A DNA stretch of 64,000 nucleotides from Oopsacas minuta (taxonomy: Eukaryota > Animalia > Porifera), in assembly GCA_024704765.1 (NCBI GenBank), contig JAKMXF010000298.1:124001-188000 (forward strand), in the 5' to 3' direction. The position numbers and the translations under genes are program-made. The notes under the pieces are model-generated. The model had not been told where the DNA came from and did no database searches. It worked only from the letters and a program-made list of their open reading frames with translations. Below are positions 44,101-54,146 of the stretch, piece after piece. How positions within the stretch are numbered: position 1 is the stretch's first letter; each line of letters starts with the position of its first letter.

Positions 44101-45403
44101 AGCATTTCCTGTTGCAGTTAAAACTTTCTATGAAGTAAGTTTGAAAGATAATTATCAAGCCGGATTTGACCATGTTATAAGGGATATGTCGAAAATGTCA
44201 CATCCATCTTTTGTACAGATTTTCGGTTATAATACGGCGAAACCTGACCCTTATATTGTCACACAACTCTTAATTGGACCATCTCTTCACACGCTTTTTT
44301 CGCAATATCCTGGAACAATCAGTGAAGAGAAAATATTCAACTTCATAGCTCAAATAAATGATGGAATGCTGTATTTAGAAAGTCACAAATTAGTATACGG
44401 AAATCTCACAGCAAGAAATGTACTCCTCGTTAACCATGATGAAATAAAACTGACAGATTACTTTATTCACAGATTTTCTGAACCCAGACCAGAAAATGTA
44501 GTCGAATTACCAATTCCTGACAGATGGATGTCTCCAGAACTCGCGCTAAGTCGTGTTCCAACACATAAATCGGATATTTGGGCTTTTGGTGTTGTATTCT
44601 GGGAGATGTTAAGTTTCGCAGAATTACCTTACAATAGAGTAGCAGATGATGACGTAGTAACCATATTACAACAAGGACAGAGATTAGCACAGCCAAAATC
44701 CTGCACCGTCGATCTCTACGGATATTTACTACAGTGTTTTATATTCGAGCCAATCGGGCGTCCTACGTTTGAGAAGTTACATAACGAATTGAAAGAAATG
44801 GCGAAAAACCCTAACAAATATATTTTCATACAAGAAGACACTATTGAAAGAATTAATATAAATACATTAGAGCCTTCTCGTATAAGTAAAGACAGTGCAA
44901 CACCTGGCAGCAAAGATAGGACATTGGTTATTGGCAATACAAACGTATGCACATTAACTCATGAGGATATTCAACCTGATGAGCTGGGCTTAGGTGAATA
45001 TATAGATGAAGAAGAAGTAAATAAAAACATTGATGAGGATGTAACACAAAATTCCCAAGATACCCATCTATTAAATGCTGAATACAGTGAAATTAGTGAA
45101 GTTGAAATAAATCAAACTGTAGTGAACGAATATGATGAAATTGACGTGACCAAACTCACAAAAGAAACTGCAGACATTGCTAGTATCCCTGAATCACAAC
45201 TGCCCCTATTTATAAGTTGTGCACCAATTAGCACTCCATTAAGTTCATTAGGTTTACCAGAAATGATATCACCTAAACATGAAGATATTGTGAACCCATA
45301 CGAAACAGTTGGAGGACAAAACAATTCAATATTCTCCCCCTATAGTGACCCTGATAACTTGGGGATTAATAGCCATGATCAACTGTTAGATAACTCTAAC
45401 TAA
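41174..45403 (+). CDS. EGFR/ErbB-like receptor tyrosine (pseudo)kinase, intronless
   Basis: Signal peptide (MKTIW...); two receptor L domains (NCEYVYDNLEI, ELVIIRG; LTRIRG..LY..YA); furin-like Cys repeats (GCWGPSNTQC); TM AVIAGLSVGAIVFLAIV; TK domain with VAVK and SDIWAFGVVFWEMLSF; Tyr-containing tail. Confidence 0.9.
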   Translation: MKTIWYTFVYLLIAFTPLAVSQTICYGQDFILEHENTTLLLSQLQTYFSNCEYVYDNLEIVFTEMIIIPAEFSMIFSSIREIRGYLLLENIEADSLTFTELVIIRGMNSFAVNNTSNALVLKNTKINSIIFPNFREISQHDVTVYNSQSNISTACNLNGVNWADILNQSPSQKINFNITNCTTPNCVACTSGFCWNENNCQLLTKEPCSSCSDRCLPTDNTSCCDQECSAGCEGAISTCVACSSCQDLTLPITCISSCADPSAKIITTFLSPPRLDGQGTCISPLILENPNLDFCKKECNEVNTMCVEGVGSNMLSCRVCGLNEDVCGQPYTLANNEIGPALLVPIIPKLSCGIIPIFVSIRLNMDSFNHINPVTPVYLEVFNGLLEISDYLVIEDYPSFYGEAFTFLSQLTRIRGDTLYMGLYAVYIRGNAFREIDLRNLQFIDQGSILIENNTELCYLPTSSGFESLRSGISVSILGQDLNCPCHINCEQSEGCWGPSNTQCIICAQVQISSTCQENCESLPNTFADLTNRQCVPCDVECNNCTGIATNCTQCINVRYEGECIPECPTTTYETNGECLPCNDNCKTNNITGPICSGPTNMFGLAFNGCNECSLYTFESTNNSTISNYTCISICIGGYQEFDTSPSPVCRDCNSACTRCTGRRVEDCDIDSCTFFLQENDQQCTLTCSNSTQYSPANNTCRNCDDNCIGCNGETSMDCNECRFLSRGSECVSSCRNNEYITSSNECELCNQELCSTCSVSRDNCTSCSKAAFSQNDTLICLEMCPAGYYRAGNISCLTCNRECINCTEALDTDCQGCRNFHVLPEDRCASECPLGAMVMNATKTCLVIDTFLQPAVIAGLSVGAIVFLAIVCSVITAIIIATVCSRRYKKKLVTKERMEEGTLLPMREKGQIQRTIQGLPEFTLLGYNYETLDDVTPKDFPLTIIDRSYLEPRERIGKGFHSYVYANFYTHKVGEAFPVAVKTFYEVSLKDNYQAGFDHVIRDMSKMSHPSFVQIFGYNTAKPDPYIVTQLLIGPSLHTLFSQYPGTISEEKIFNFIAQINDGMLYLESHKLVYGNLTARNVLLVNHDEIKLTDYFIHRFSEPRPENVVELPIPDRWMSPELALSRVPTHKSDIWAFGVVFWEMLSFAELPYNRVADDDVVTILQQGQRLAQPKSCTVDLYGYLLQCFIFEPIGRPTFEKLHNELKEMAKNPNKYIFIQEDTIERININTLEPSRISKDSATPGSKDRTLVIGNTNVCTLTHEDIQPDELGLGEYIDEEEVNKNIDEDVTQNSQDTHLLNAEYSEISEVEINQTVVNEYDEIDVTKLTKETADIASIPESQLPLFISCAPISTPLSSLGLPEMISPKHEDIVNPYETVGGQNNSIFSPYSDPDNLGINSHDQLLDNSN

Positions 45404-45468
45404 ATTACAAATATGTACAATTAACTTGTAATTGTTACTGTATATTACCTCAATATTTATGTATTAAC

Positions 45469-46941
45469 TTATTTAGTGTGTCTCTGTGCTTGCACACTAA
45501 ACTCAAATCCACCAGAAACTATCTCTTTTCCAGGTTGTGCGGTTTCTAACTGCTTCAGAACATACTCTAAAAACTCAGCTGATTTCTGATCAACAGCTGA
45601 GTTCTTTTCCTCAGTTAATGTTTGTCTTATAACATCCAATAATTCGTAATAGCCATAGCAATACGCAGCATTTTTCAGTTTGTTTAGTTCTGATAAAAAC
45701 GCAGATTGTCGTTCAGTCATCTTTTTTGCATATCTCTGTAACTTAGTGATATCTGTATGAAGAGTGTCGTATTTAAGCCAAATATGGGAAGTACCTGAAG
45801 AATAAGAAAACTCGTGATCTCTAATCGGGATTTGTGGCTTTTCAATACATCCTATTCTATCCATAGGGCCTAACAGTGGGTTAGAAGCTCCCGGGGGTAA
45901 CACTGATAATACAAGGTTAATACTGCGCTTTTTAGAATCATCATTTGTCGCGAAAATGTAAGCGAACCAATCTGGTCGAAGTTTAACAACAGCAACTTTC
46001 TCAGAGCGTAGCAATGAAGTGTAAAGAATTACACGGAGAGATGGTTGTTTGGTTAAATCTTCTTGGAAATCGACTGGTTGCTTCTCAAGCGAATTTGAAC
46101 AAGAAAGACTAACTCTTTTCGAATCAAGAATCAAATGTCGAGTTAGACAAGGAGTAAATTGAGCATCTTTACTATGAATAAATCCAAAAATATTCAATTC
46201 TTCTGGAAAAGTCTGACAAAGATTTCCACAAATTCGATAACTCTTCGAGATTTCATTAGTAAGGAAATCAACATTTGATTCAAACAGCGTCAGTGATGGT
46301 GGTGGAAACAACGAAATTTCGGATTCTTTAAATCCAAATCGGAGCATACCATTAAAAGGCAAAAACTGTGAAGCACAAAGCTGTGTAGCCAACTCAACAA
46401 CATTCGTAGATGTAATGGTATTTTCAAGAGTGTATAAGTACTCAAAAGCGTGCGTAGGATCGCGGAAAAAGTTTTTAAGTGGTTCAATTCGATGCTGTAT
46501 AGTCTCGTAATTATTTAAGAAATACCAATATACTCGACATGGGAAAGGAAATAGAATAGATTCAATTGGATTTTCTAGAATATTTGGTGGAGAAAATAAG
46601 CCATCGCTTATAATGATAAGATTCAGAGGTTGATATGAGCTCCAATCGTAATGATAACCGCGAATAAACTGTTTAATGCATTTAACTATATCTGATTTAT
46701 CACCAAAAGCATAGCACGATAAACGTTTTCTAATTTCCTCATAAGATCCAGCTGGCATTTTAACTACGCCCGAGCTAAACGTAGCAAGAGTAACGAATTC
46801 GAATTGGAAATTCTCTTTGAAATAATCGAAAATTGTAGCGACAACTTTACACGCAAAATCGAAAACACGAACACGTTCATCTATGTTGCTGATCTGCCTC
46901 CACATAGACAAAGATCGATCAAGCAGTATAATAACAGGCAT
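45469..46941 (-). CDS. INTS14: Integrator complex subunit 14 (VWA9)
   Basis: N-terminus MPVIILLDRSLSM corresponds to INTS14 MPTVVVMDVSLSM; FEFVTLATFSS; IISDG; LHTDITKLQRYAKKM...FLSELNKL..AAYCYGY. ATG at 46941. Confidence 0.82.
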   Translation of the reverse strand: MPVIILLDRSLSMWRQISNIDERVRVFDFACKVVATIFDYFKENFQFEFVTLATFSSGVVKMPAGSYEEIRKRLSCYAFGDKSDIVKCIKQFIRGYHYDWSSYQPLNLIIISDGLFSPPNILENPIESILFPFPCRVYWYFLNNYETIQHRIEPLKNFFRDPTHAFEYLYTLENTITSTNVVELATQLCASQFLPFNGMLRFGFKESEISLFPPPSLTLFESNVDFLTNEISKSYRICGNLCQTFPEELNIFGFIHSKDAQFTPCLTRHLILDSKRVSLSCSNSLEKQPVDFQEDLTKQPSLRVILYTSLLRSEKVAVVKLRPDWFAYIFATNDDSKKRSINLVLSVLPPGASNPLLGPMDRIGCIEKPQIPIRDHEFSYSSGTSHIWLKYDTLHTDITKLQRYAKKMTERQSAFLSELNKLKNAAYCYGYYELLDVIRQTLTEEKNSAVDQKSAEFLEYVLKQLETAQPGKEIVSGGFEFSVQAQRHTK

Positions 46942-47395
46942 AAAGCTATATGTAAAAGAACTGTTAATGATGAGTAGGGATAGTTGAAATCTGACCAACC
47001 GGACCGTCTCTTACGGCCATGTAATAGACTGAATCAAGATTCCCTATCCTCCCAAATAAAGTGAAATAATAGAATCAGAAATATAATCATGAATAATAAA
47101 CAAACACAAGTTATCATAATGTAAGAAGCCGAAGCTCAAAATATAAAACAAATTATACCAAATGATTATCAAAATCTGTATTATTGTGTAATTAGAAGTT
47201 TGATTCGGAGATATTACAAGAATTACAGTTAGTTTGAGATAGTAGAATATGTCCATTTGTTTGGTTGTCACATTCAGTAATTAAACATGTATTTACAAGT
47301 ATACAACTAACACTATATACACATAGAAATACGCGTAGAAAAGAGCGTTTTGAGCCGAAACATACAGTAGATATTTACATAGACATTTGTGAGCT

Positions 47396-49066
47396 TCAGT
47401 ATTCAGGTATCATCCGGTCTAAGTCTCGTCGGAAATGCCGGATTTGTTCAGAGAGGGGTATATCACAAACTCGTGGTTTGCGTTTCTTCTTTCTCAGAGG
47501 GGAAATCTCTATTCCCTCGTCAGAATCAGAAGAATCGTCATCAGAGGAGGCTAGGTAGATATACGGGTAAAGAGAGGGGAGAGGTTTGCGCTTTTTCGAG
47601 GCCTCTTTCTTAGCTTTGATCGTATCAAGATACTCGTCAATCTTTGAACGTTTGTACTCATCAATTTTCTTGTTAAGCTTAGCAATGCGTTTCTTCCACT
47701 CATAATCAAACCACCATTCATCACCTGAGGGGAAAAGTTCAGTAAATAACAAACAAACAAACAAACAAACAAACAGACAAATAAATGACTTACATTTCTC
47801 AACATATTCATAGAACTCTTGATCTTGTACTCTACCACTACGGTGATTGTAATGCCTCTCTACAACATGCTTCTTCTGTCCAATCTGGTGTACGACTGCT
47901 ACAATCTCTTTATCCTTTTTGTAATCATACACATGCTTCACTTCTTGCTTAACCTATCAGAAAATAACCCCATAAAATACAGATATTCTACCAGTTTGAC
48001 TTATAAAAGGAAAATAACTCACATGTCCTTCTCCCTTCCGTATAGACTTCCTTGCTAAGTAGATGGGTCTAGGCCGTTTGCAAGATTCAGTTGACATCGA
48101 AAGAATACCAAATGAGCAGGATGAGTATGGATCCTTCGGGTCCTCGCTTGCAAACTTTTTCAAACGTTCATTGGCTCTCCAGCCGCTTGAAAAGAAAGGT
48201 ATCCCAATGAAGGGATCAGCAAGCCCACTCAACCTTGCTTTATGATAATCTCTCCAGAATATATCATCAATGGCAGAATCCATCAATTCTTCATCATCGT
48301 CAAGCGCGTATATATAATTATAGAAATTTGATCCTTTCTTGAATGGGTGACTGGGGAGTTGCCTATAAGAAATGTGTCACTTAGTCCTAATTAGTTAACA
48401 GTAAATTTTAGTAGAATTATGAAGCATGTAACAAAAGATTGAAATAAATATGAAAGAATTCGTGAGGTGGAGTTCAATTGAGCAAGCAACCTCCCCCATT
48501 AGCCAAAAGAGAAGTTAATTGGCGTAGAAATCATAAGAAATTCCAAAGTGTGGAATAGTTGCTATGCAGTTTATGCAACGCAATGGTAAGTTAAGAATTT
48601 CGGGGATAATTATACAAATTCCTAACGAATTAAAATATTAATATAAACTATGAGAAAATCCCCTGGGAAAATTACGCTACATATTTGCAGCTAATTAAGT
48701 TACTATGACACAACATCAAATTAAATTTAACACTATAGCGGTTGAGAAATCTATTGAAATTAATATTATTAGATCCGAGAATATCCAATAATAGATTTCA
48801 TAGGAATGAAGCATATAACTATGCTTCGTTAGTGATTCTATGAGGGTATCGTATAATTTGTGGTCATGTTTGTTTGCCCATTAATAACTGAATATTTACT
48901 GTCAAGGATTCACATTTCAATCTGAAGCGGCTTTGCATTTTGAAATTAACAAAAAACTCCCCAAAAATGTGAGAACTACATTTTACGAAATAATGTAAAA
49001 TTTGCAAACTCACTTGTAAAACTCATCATCAAATTCGTCCAAGAAGCGTTGACCAATAGTAACCAT
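47396..49066 (-). CDS. Myeloid leukemia factor (MLF)-like protein, 4 exons (49014-49066, 48023-48362, 47794-47953, 47396-47724), 293 aa
   Basis: EVKHVYDYKKDKEIVAVVHQIGQKKHVVERHYNHRSG...FDYEW resembles the MLF core (ETR...DS.SG.EKMAIGHHI.DRAH...RSRNHRTG...FDDEW). All three introns are GT-AG and phase-compatible. Basic NLS-like RKKKRK. Confidence 0.65.
47748..47774. repeat. (AAAC)n microsatellite, about 7 units, inside the 69-bp intron 47725-47793
   Basis: aacaaacaaacaaacaaacaaacaaac read directly. Confidence 0.92.
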
Positions 49067-50585
49067 TTTCACTCAAATATGTGTCAGTTGCGAAATTAGT
49101 AAATTCTACAAGAAAGGGAAATTATAAGAAACGACTCAGCATATCTGTTTATAAATAGAAATACAAGGAATGTTAATGAGAAAAATATGTGGCGATTAAG
49201 TAGCTAATGCATACAGGTAGAAACTAAGGACGAAATGAGTTTGTGAATCGTCTCTAAAAAATGTAAGATTATCGTAATGATATTAAGTTGCAAATATTAA
49301 AATTTGGAATAGAATTCATACTCTATAATTACCTCTCGGGATGATGAATAATTTTGAGAAAGAAATGAAATAAAAATATAACTCGCGATGCTTAATAAAA
49401 AATAAAATGAAAATAAAATCGAAATGATGATTTTCCAAAGGAAATCACCTATTTATTCCCGAAAATGCGAAAACCGCAAAACATAAAATAACCGACTCAC
49501 CTTAATTAGTTCCAATTCCAAGTATCGGATGATAGCACAAATGTAAACAGAAATTGAACGTATACTTCGTCCATTATACATTTCTTTATATAGCTTTTGT
49601 ATAACAACTAAATGGGTAGGATCAATAGCTATAGAATGGAATTTGTATAACTTTACACTACACAATAGCAATCAATATAAATGGTAACTAAGGTAGAAGC
49701 CTGTTTGAACAATGAAATGTGACATAGAAATGGCACAATTAAGGTAGACATAACCGCAATGATTATATATTAAAGAAAACAAGATTTCTTTAGAAATGAA
49801 AAAGCCACATGCATGGAAATGTAAACAAGTGCTAACGCATGATAAATAAATAAATAGAATTATTGGCAAATTTAGAGCGACACGTTTACACAAATTCTAA
49901 AAATATAAATATATCAAATTGCCTAACGACAAATGTTGATTACAGATATTCAGAGGAAGGAAATATGTGAATGGTTGCTGAAGTGGTTTAATGATACGCC
50001 ACATTCCAAATGATATATTTGATCACCATTATTAACATACCAAGTCACATATTATTAACAAAAATTTTGTTATCAATTTCGCTAAGGGATCTAAAGATAA
50101 TATATTTTCACACCTCTGATATTATATTAACCGCAAATATCCTAATCAACTACATGAATGCGTAGATGACCTAAGAATTGAATAAGTGCTATATCAAAAC
50201 AAATTCCATTGTGCTTCCTTGGTAACCACAATTGATAACTGCAAATAGGTAACAAATCATGCGGCTGCTGATTTTATGGCTAAACACAAATCAAGTGGTC
50301 AGATTAACTCAAGGGGTTCTAATTACAAGGATGTTTAGTTTCAAACAAATAAACATGTGCAAATTGAATAGCAGTAAACTACTCTTGATGTCGTCACACA
50401 TATCTCTGATTATTTCTTAGCTCCACCCTAGAGCTTTGGAGAATTTCAAATATATTTCATTGAACAAAACGTAGGACTGAGCATGAATCATAAAACATTG
50501 AGAAACTGAGTGGACGCCATTACAACATAAATACAAGGCAAAAAGTATATTAATTCGACATATAAGTGGTAATGTTGATCATGTC

Positions 50586-51263
50586 CTATTCGCTAGCAGA
50601 ACATCTAGGACATGGGACAAGCCCTATTTCGTTGCATGAAGTGCATTTCAAAGCTTTAAACTCATCAGTAAAATCATTCCTCACTCCATTCTTACTCCCA
50701 TTACACAGACTACACAACACAAACCCTGTAGCATTGCATAGCTGACATAGACACGTTAAATCAGATCGTTCATAATTCGTAATCAATCGCTTCAATTCTC
50801 CAGTCTCATTCATCTCAATAACCATTTCTGCATCTCCCACTATATCACCGTTAATAAACACTACTGGTACAGTAACCTCGCCCTCCAAGCGTTTTTCTAG
50901 CTCAGAAATATAATGCTTATTCAATGCAATGTCTTTCTCAAATACTTTACAACGATGACCTTCAAATATTGCTTTCACCCTTCTACAATTATTAAAAGTT
51001 TGTCTAATGGTACTTAAGGATGTTGTGTAGATAACTACTTTGCCTTTCTCATGGAAATCATGCAAGGGATCTGTACGTGTTTCGCTCTGCTTTTTAAGAC
51101 CTTCAAATTTCGCGATACTATCCTTTGCAATATTCCTCATTCCGCGGATATCATCACCTTTTTGTATCTTACCAGTGACGCCGTCAATTTTCAAAGAACC
51201 GGGCTTTTTAAGGTAGTCAGGAGGGCTGTCGCTATCAGGGGTAAATTGACGTCTCGATGCCAT
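50586..51263 (-). CDS. Glutaredoxin domain-containing cysteine-rich protein (GRXCR1/2-like)
   Basis: GKVVIYTTSL..IRQTFNNC..VKAIF; VPVVFING; C-terminal CxxC pairs (CQLC, CSLC, CTSCNEIGL, CPRC). Confidence 0.88.
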   Translation of the reverse strand: MASRRQFTPDSDSPPDYLKKPGSLKIDGVTGKIQKGDDIRGMRNIAKDSIAKFEGLKKQSETRTDPLHDFHEKGKVVIYTTSLSTIRQTFNNCRRVKAIFEGHRCKVFEKDIALNKHYISELEKRLEGEVTVPVVFINGDIVGDAEMVIEMNETGELKRLITNYERSDLTCLCQLCNATGFVLCSLCNGSKNGVRNDFTDEFKALKCTSCNEIGLVPCPRCSASE

Positions 51264-51365
51264 TAGCTAAATTATATAATTAATTTTCGGTTTATTTGCC
51301 TTAATTAAACATAATTGTAATAATTAAATATAGATTTAATAAATCACAAATAGTCCCTATCGTAT

Positions 51366-53213
51366 CTATTCAGGTCTATGTAATTTGTGTGCGATGATAC
51401 TTTTACGAGTTTTAATCTGTTTATTCGGTCTTCTGAATTTGCTACCTTTATTCAACGATTCTTTAACTTTCATAGAATAGTATGAATCATTTCGCAATTC
51501 TCGGATTGGAAGGCGAGATTGTGAGAGAATATTCGTGCCAACCATTATGAGATTAATTCGTAATAATTTCTTCATTTTTATTGGAGTAGTAACAAACAGC
51601 ATTTTCCGTTTTTCATCAATAAATCGTACAAAACCTAATCCGACACATGCATAGATATCCTTTGGATTCAAAAACCGTATTTCTTCACTTAAAACTGTGA
51701 TATTTTCATGCACAATAGACTCACAATTAGCTATCCCGAGTCCAATTATATTTGCATTAATAACATCCATTAATCCAGAGCTAGGAAATTCTACAGATAC
51801 CTTTTGATAGAAACAATGAGAAATAGGAAGTTCATAAAGTTGGCATTGAAATAACATTTCTTCTAAATAGGTGAAATTTGACTTAATTTTAAACCCTCTT
51901 GAAAAGTTTGAGATTATATTCAAAGTACGTAGGTCAGATGGTAATAATGCTGGTGTTTTAACAGTTGGTGAGATTGTTGATAGAAAACTTTTGTACTGGA
52001 AAACAAGGCATTTATCAGATGTGAGATTAATCGCGTGTAATGGAGAAGGTGCTGTATGTATTATTTCACTTGTATATGGAGTAGGATTCTCGTTTTTGGT
52101 AAATATACGATTTGAATTAATATTCCAAGTTGTAAGTTTTCTAAGCCAATCTTTCGTAGTGCGTAGATATTGTGCAACAAGAATATGTGGATTGAAGAGA
52201 TAAATAAGATCTGATAACAAATTAATCCCTAATCCATCTACCCACCCACAAGTATTTACAACTACAGGGATATTATTTGTATTGAAATCTAGTTGCTGTA
52301 TTTGTTCCCACATTTTCGTGATTATACGAATGTATAATTCTGGATTGCAACTGGGAGTTGAAGAGCCATAGAAATACTGTACATCTGATATTACCTTGTG
52401 AGTATAGGCTGGCCCAATTGTTCCATTACGAAGTGCTTGAATCCCTAAATTGCCTGTTGGGATAAACTCAGGTTGGCCAGGATCGCATTCAACAAATAAT
52501 ACGCATTCGTGTGTGTTAAGCAGATAATTTACTAGGTAAACGGAGTAGGAAGATTTGCCAACTCCTTTGGAGCCAACTACCATTACTTTAGTGGAAAATT
52601 CATACGAAATTTGCTCCATCAAAACCTCCCAATTTTCTGTTATTTCCGGCGTTAATAGACTATTTGCGGTTTTCAGCGGATAAAAGAAAGGGAGTATAGG
52701 TTTAGTATTCGCAGCATGAAATATATTTTTAAACTTTTTCCGTGTAAAATATGCGAGAGGAGTTGATAAGGACTTAACGGTGCATAAACAGAGATAGATG
52801 TCATTATCAACTTCAGAGAGTTTATATAAGATATTTTCAGCGTCTTCCACAGGCAAACCAAGACTACGATTTATCCGAGATGAAAATAGAAATTCTTCAA
52901 GTGTTGAAATGCCCATATAAGGGTATGTCATGGAGTTATAACTGATATATGTAGGATGAGTAGTTGTGGAAAATAAATTATGAAATGTACTATCTGGATT
53001 GATAATGGTACCATGGATCTTAACACTCCCATAGAGCACCTTTAAACGAATACATCCTCTAAAATGGAGCACGGAATGTTCTTGAAATGCCATATAAACA
53101 TTGGAATTATTCATACCATATATATACATTACGGGTGTATGTATAGGTGTTGTAATTTTGTCTGTATTCTCATTTGATTGCTGAGGGCCTTCAATAGCTT
53201 TCAAGGTCTCCAT
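51366..53213 (-). CDS. NOL9: Polynucleotide 5'-hydroxyl kinase NOL9/Grc3-like; start uncertain
   Basis: P-loop VGSKGVGKSS; ECDPGQPEF; PVVVNTCGWVDGLG; CVGLGFVRFID. First ATG behind an acceptor at 53213. Confidence 0.82.
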   Translation of the reverse strand: METLKAIEGPQQSNENTDKITTPIHTPVMYIYGMNNSNVYMAFQEHSVLHFRGCIRLKVLYGSVKIHGTIINPDSTFHNLFSTTTHPTYISYNSMTYPYMGISTLEEFLFSSRINRSLGLPVEDAENILYKLSEVDNDIYLCLCTVKSLSTPLAYFTRKKFKNIFHAANTKPILPFFYPLKTANSLLTPEITENWEVLMEQISYEFSTKVMVVGSKGVGKSSYSVYLVNYLLNTHECVLFVECDPGQPEFIPTGNLGIQALRNGTIGPAYTHKVISDVQYFYGSSTPSCNPELYIRIITKMWEQIQQLDFNTNNIPVVVNTCGWVDGLGINLLSDLIYLFNPHILVAQYLRTTKDWLRKLTTWNINSNRIFTKNENPTPYTSEIIHTAPSPLHAINLTSDKCLVFQYKSFLSTISPTVKTPALLPSDLRTLNIISNFSRGFKIKSNFTYLEEMLFQCQLYELPISHCFYQKVSVEFPSSGLMDVINANIIGLGIANCESIVHENITVLSEEIRFLNPKDIYACVGLGFVRFIDEKRKMLFVTTPIKMKKLLRINLIMVGTNILSQSRLPIRELRNDSYYSMKVKESLNKGSKFRRPNKQIKTRKSIIAHKLHRPE

Positions 53214-53269
53214 ATGACTGAGTATTGCATAATATTTTACAAAATAAATACGTAGTGCATTATCTGGTA

Positions 53270-53426
53270 CAGTCAACTCCCGTCACGGATATATTGACAT
53301 ACTCGCTTGTATCGAAGTCTGAAATTGTACAAATATGGTCCCAAACCGTCCAAGTAACATATTTTATCGATTATACCGAAGTAATTATCGCGCTCCCTTG
53401 AGCTTCGATATTACACGAGTTTACCG
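53270..53426 (+). mobile_element. MITE family A copy
   Basis: TA|cagtcaactcccg...cccttgagcttcgatattacacgagtttaccg|TA. Confidence 0.82.
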
Positions 53427-53585
53427 TATATCAATTTACAAGATAGAAATAAGGCAGAATAATTTATAATAGAAATAATAGCAATATAGAAATTGCTATT
53501 ATTAAATTAATATAAGAAATGATTAAGGAAAACGAAGAAATAGTGTGAATAATACGTCATAAACTAGAGAGCTAGAAAAAGTGAT

Positions 53586-54146
53586 TTAGTTAACGCCACG
53601 AAGCTTCCCAATATTCATACCCGACTGATTCGCACCAGTATTTGTACCCATCTGTAGACCTATGATAGCATCGCCACTCCTCAACTGTTGGTCAGTGAAC
53701 TGCCTGGCCTCTCCCACTGCTTCTTTCACACCTAACACAGGACCTTTGAACCCTTGCTTCTGTGCAGCCCGACCTAGTCCATCGATACATATGACAACCT
53801 GCCCAATGTTCGTACCATCAAACAGATCAGCTGTTTGGAAAAGATTAGTATCAGTGACACCGTAATTTTTCGCGGCTTTTAGGAAGTTAGAAATGTTCTC
53901 CATCTGTGGGAAAGCAGTAGAGCTCTCACTGATCTTTTTGACAGAGCCTGGTTTCAATGCATTCATCAGTTGACATAGAATAACTCCAGATTTCAAACTG
54001 TCTCCAAATGGCCCTGGTGGGAATGGTTTCTTCAGAATAGCTCCAATCCATTTCCTTTCCTCTTTTTCAAGTTCATGGTTGTATTTCTGAGCTTTTTTCT
54101 GATCGCACTCAGCGGTATAACCGAAACCATCAGGTCTAGATGCCAT
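53586..54146 (-). CDS. Transgelin/myophilin (calponin family): CH domain plus one calponin repeat
   Basis: LKSGVILCQLMNALKPGSVKKI; FPQMENISNFLKAAKNYGV..LFQTADLF; calponin repeat IIGLQMGTNTGANQSGM. Confidence 0.92.
   Translation of the reverse strand: MASRPDGFGYTAECDQKKAQKYNHELEKEERKWIGAILKKPFPPGPFGDSLKSGVILCQLMNALKPGSVKKISESSTAFPQMENISNFLKAAKNYGVTDTNLFQTADLFDGTNIGQVVICIDGLGRAAQKQGFKGPVLGVKEAVGEARQFTDQQLRSGDAIIGLQMGTNTGANQSGMNIGKLRGVN

Noticed and set aside
49453-49893. Two contiguous same-frame hydrophobic ORFs split by TGA, followed by a strong AAG|GTGAGT donor
   Set aside because: No ATG start, no recognisable family, and not a mitochondrial protein I can identify (so no support for a NUMT or TGA recoding). 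It may be a non-coding 5' exon of the MLF-like gene.
985-53560. Recurring TGACGTCA(T)-like words in introns and 3' regions
   Set aside because: They also occur inside CDSs and in no consistent position; not distinguishable from background without a count.
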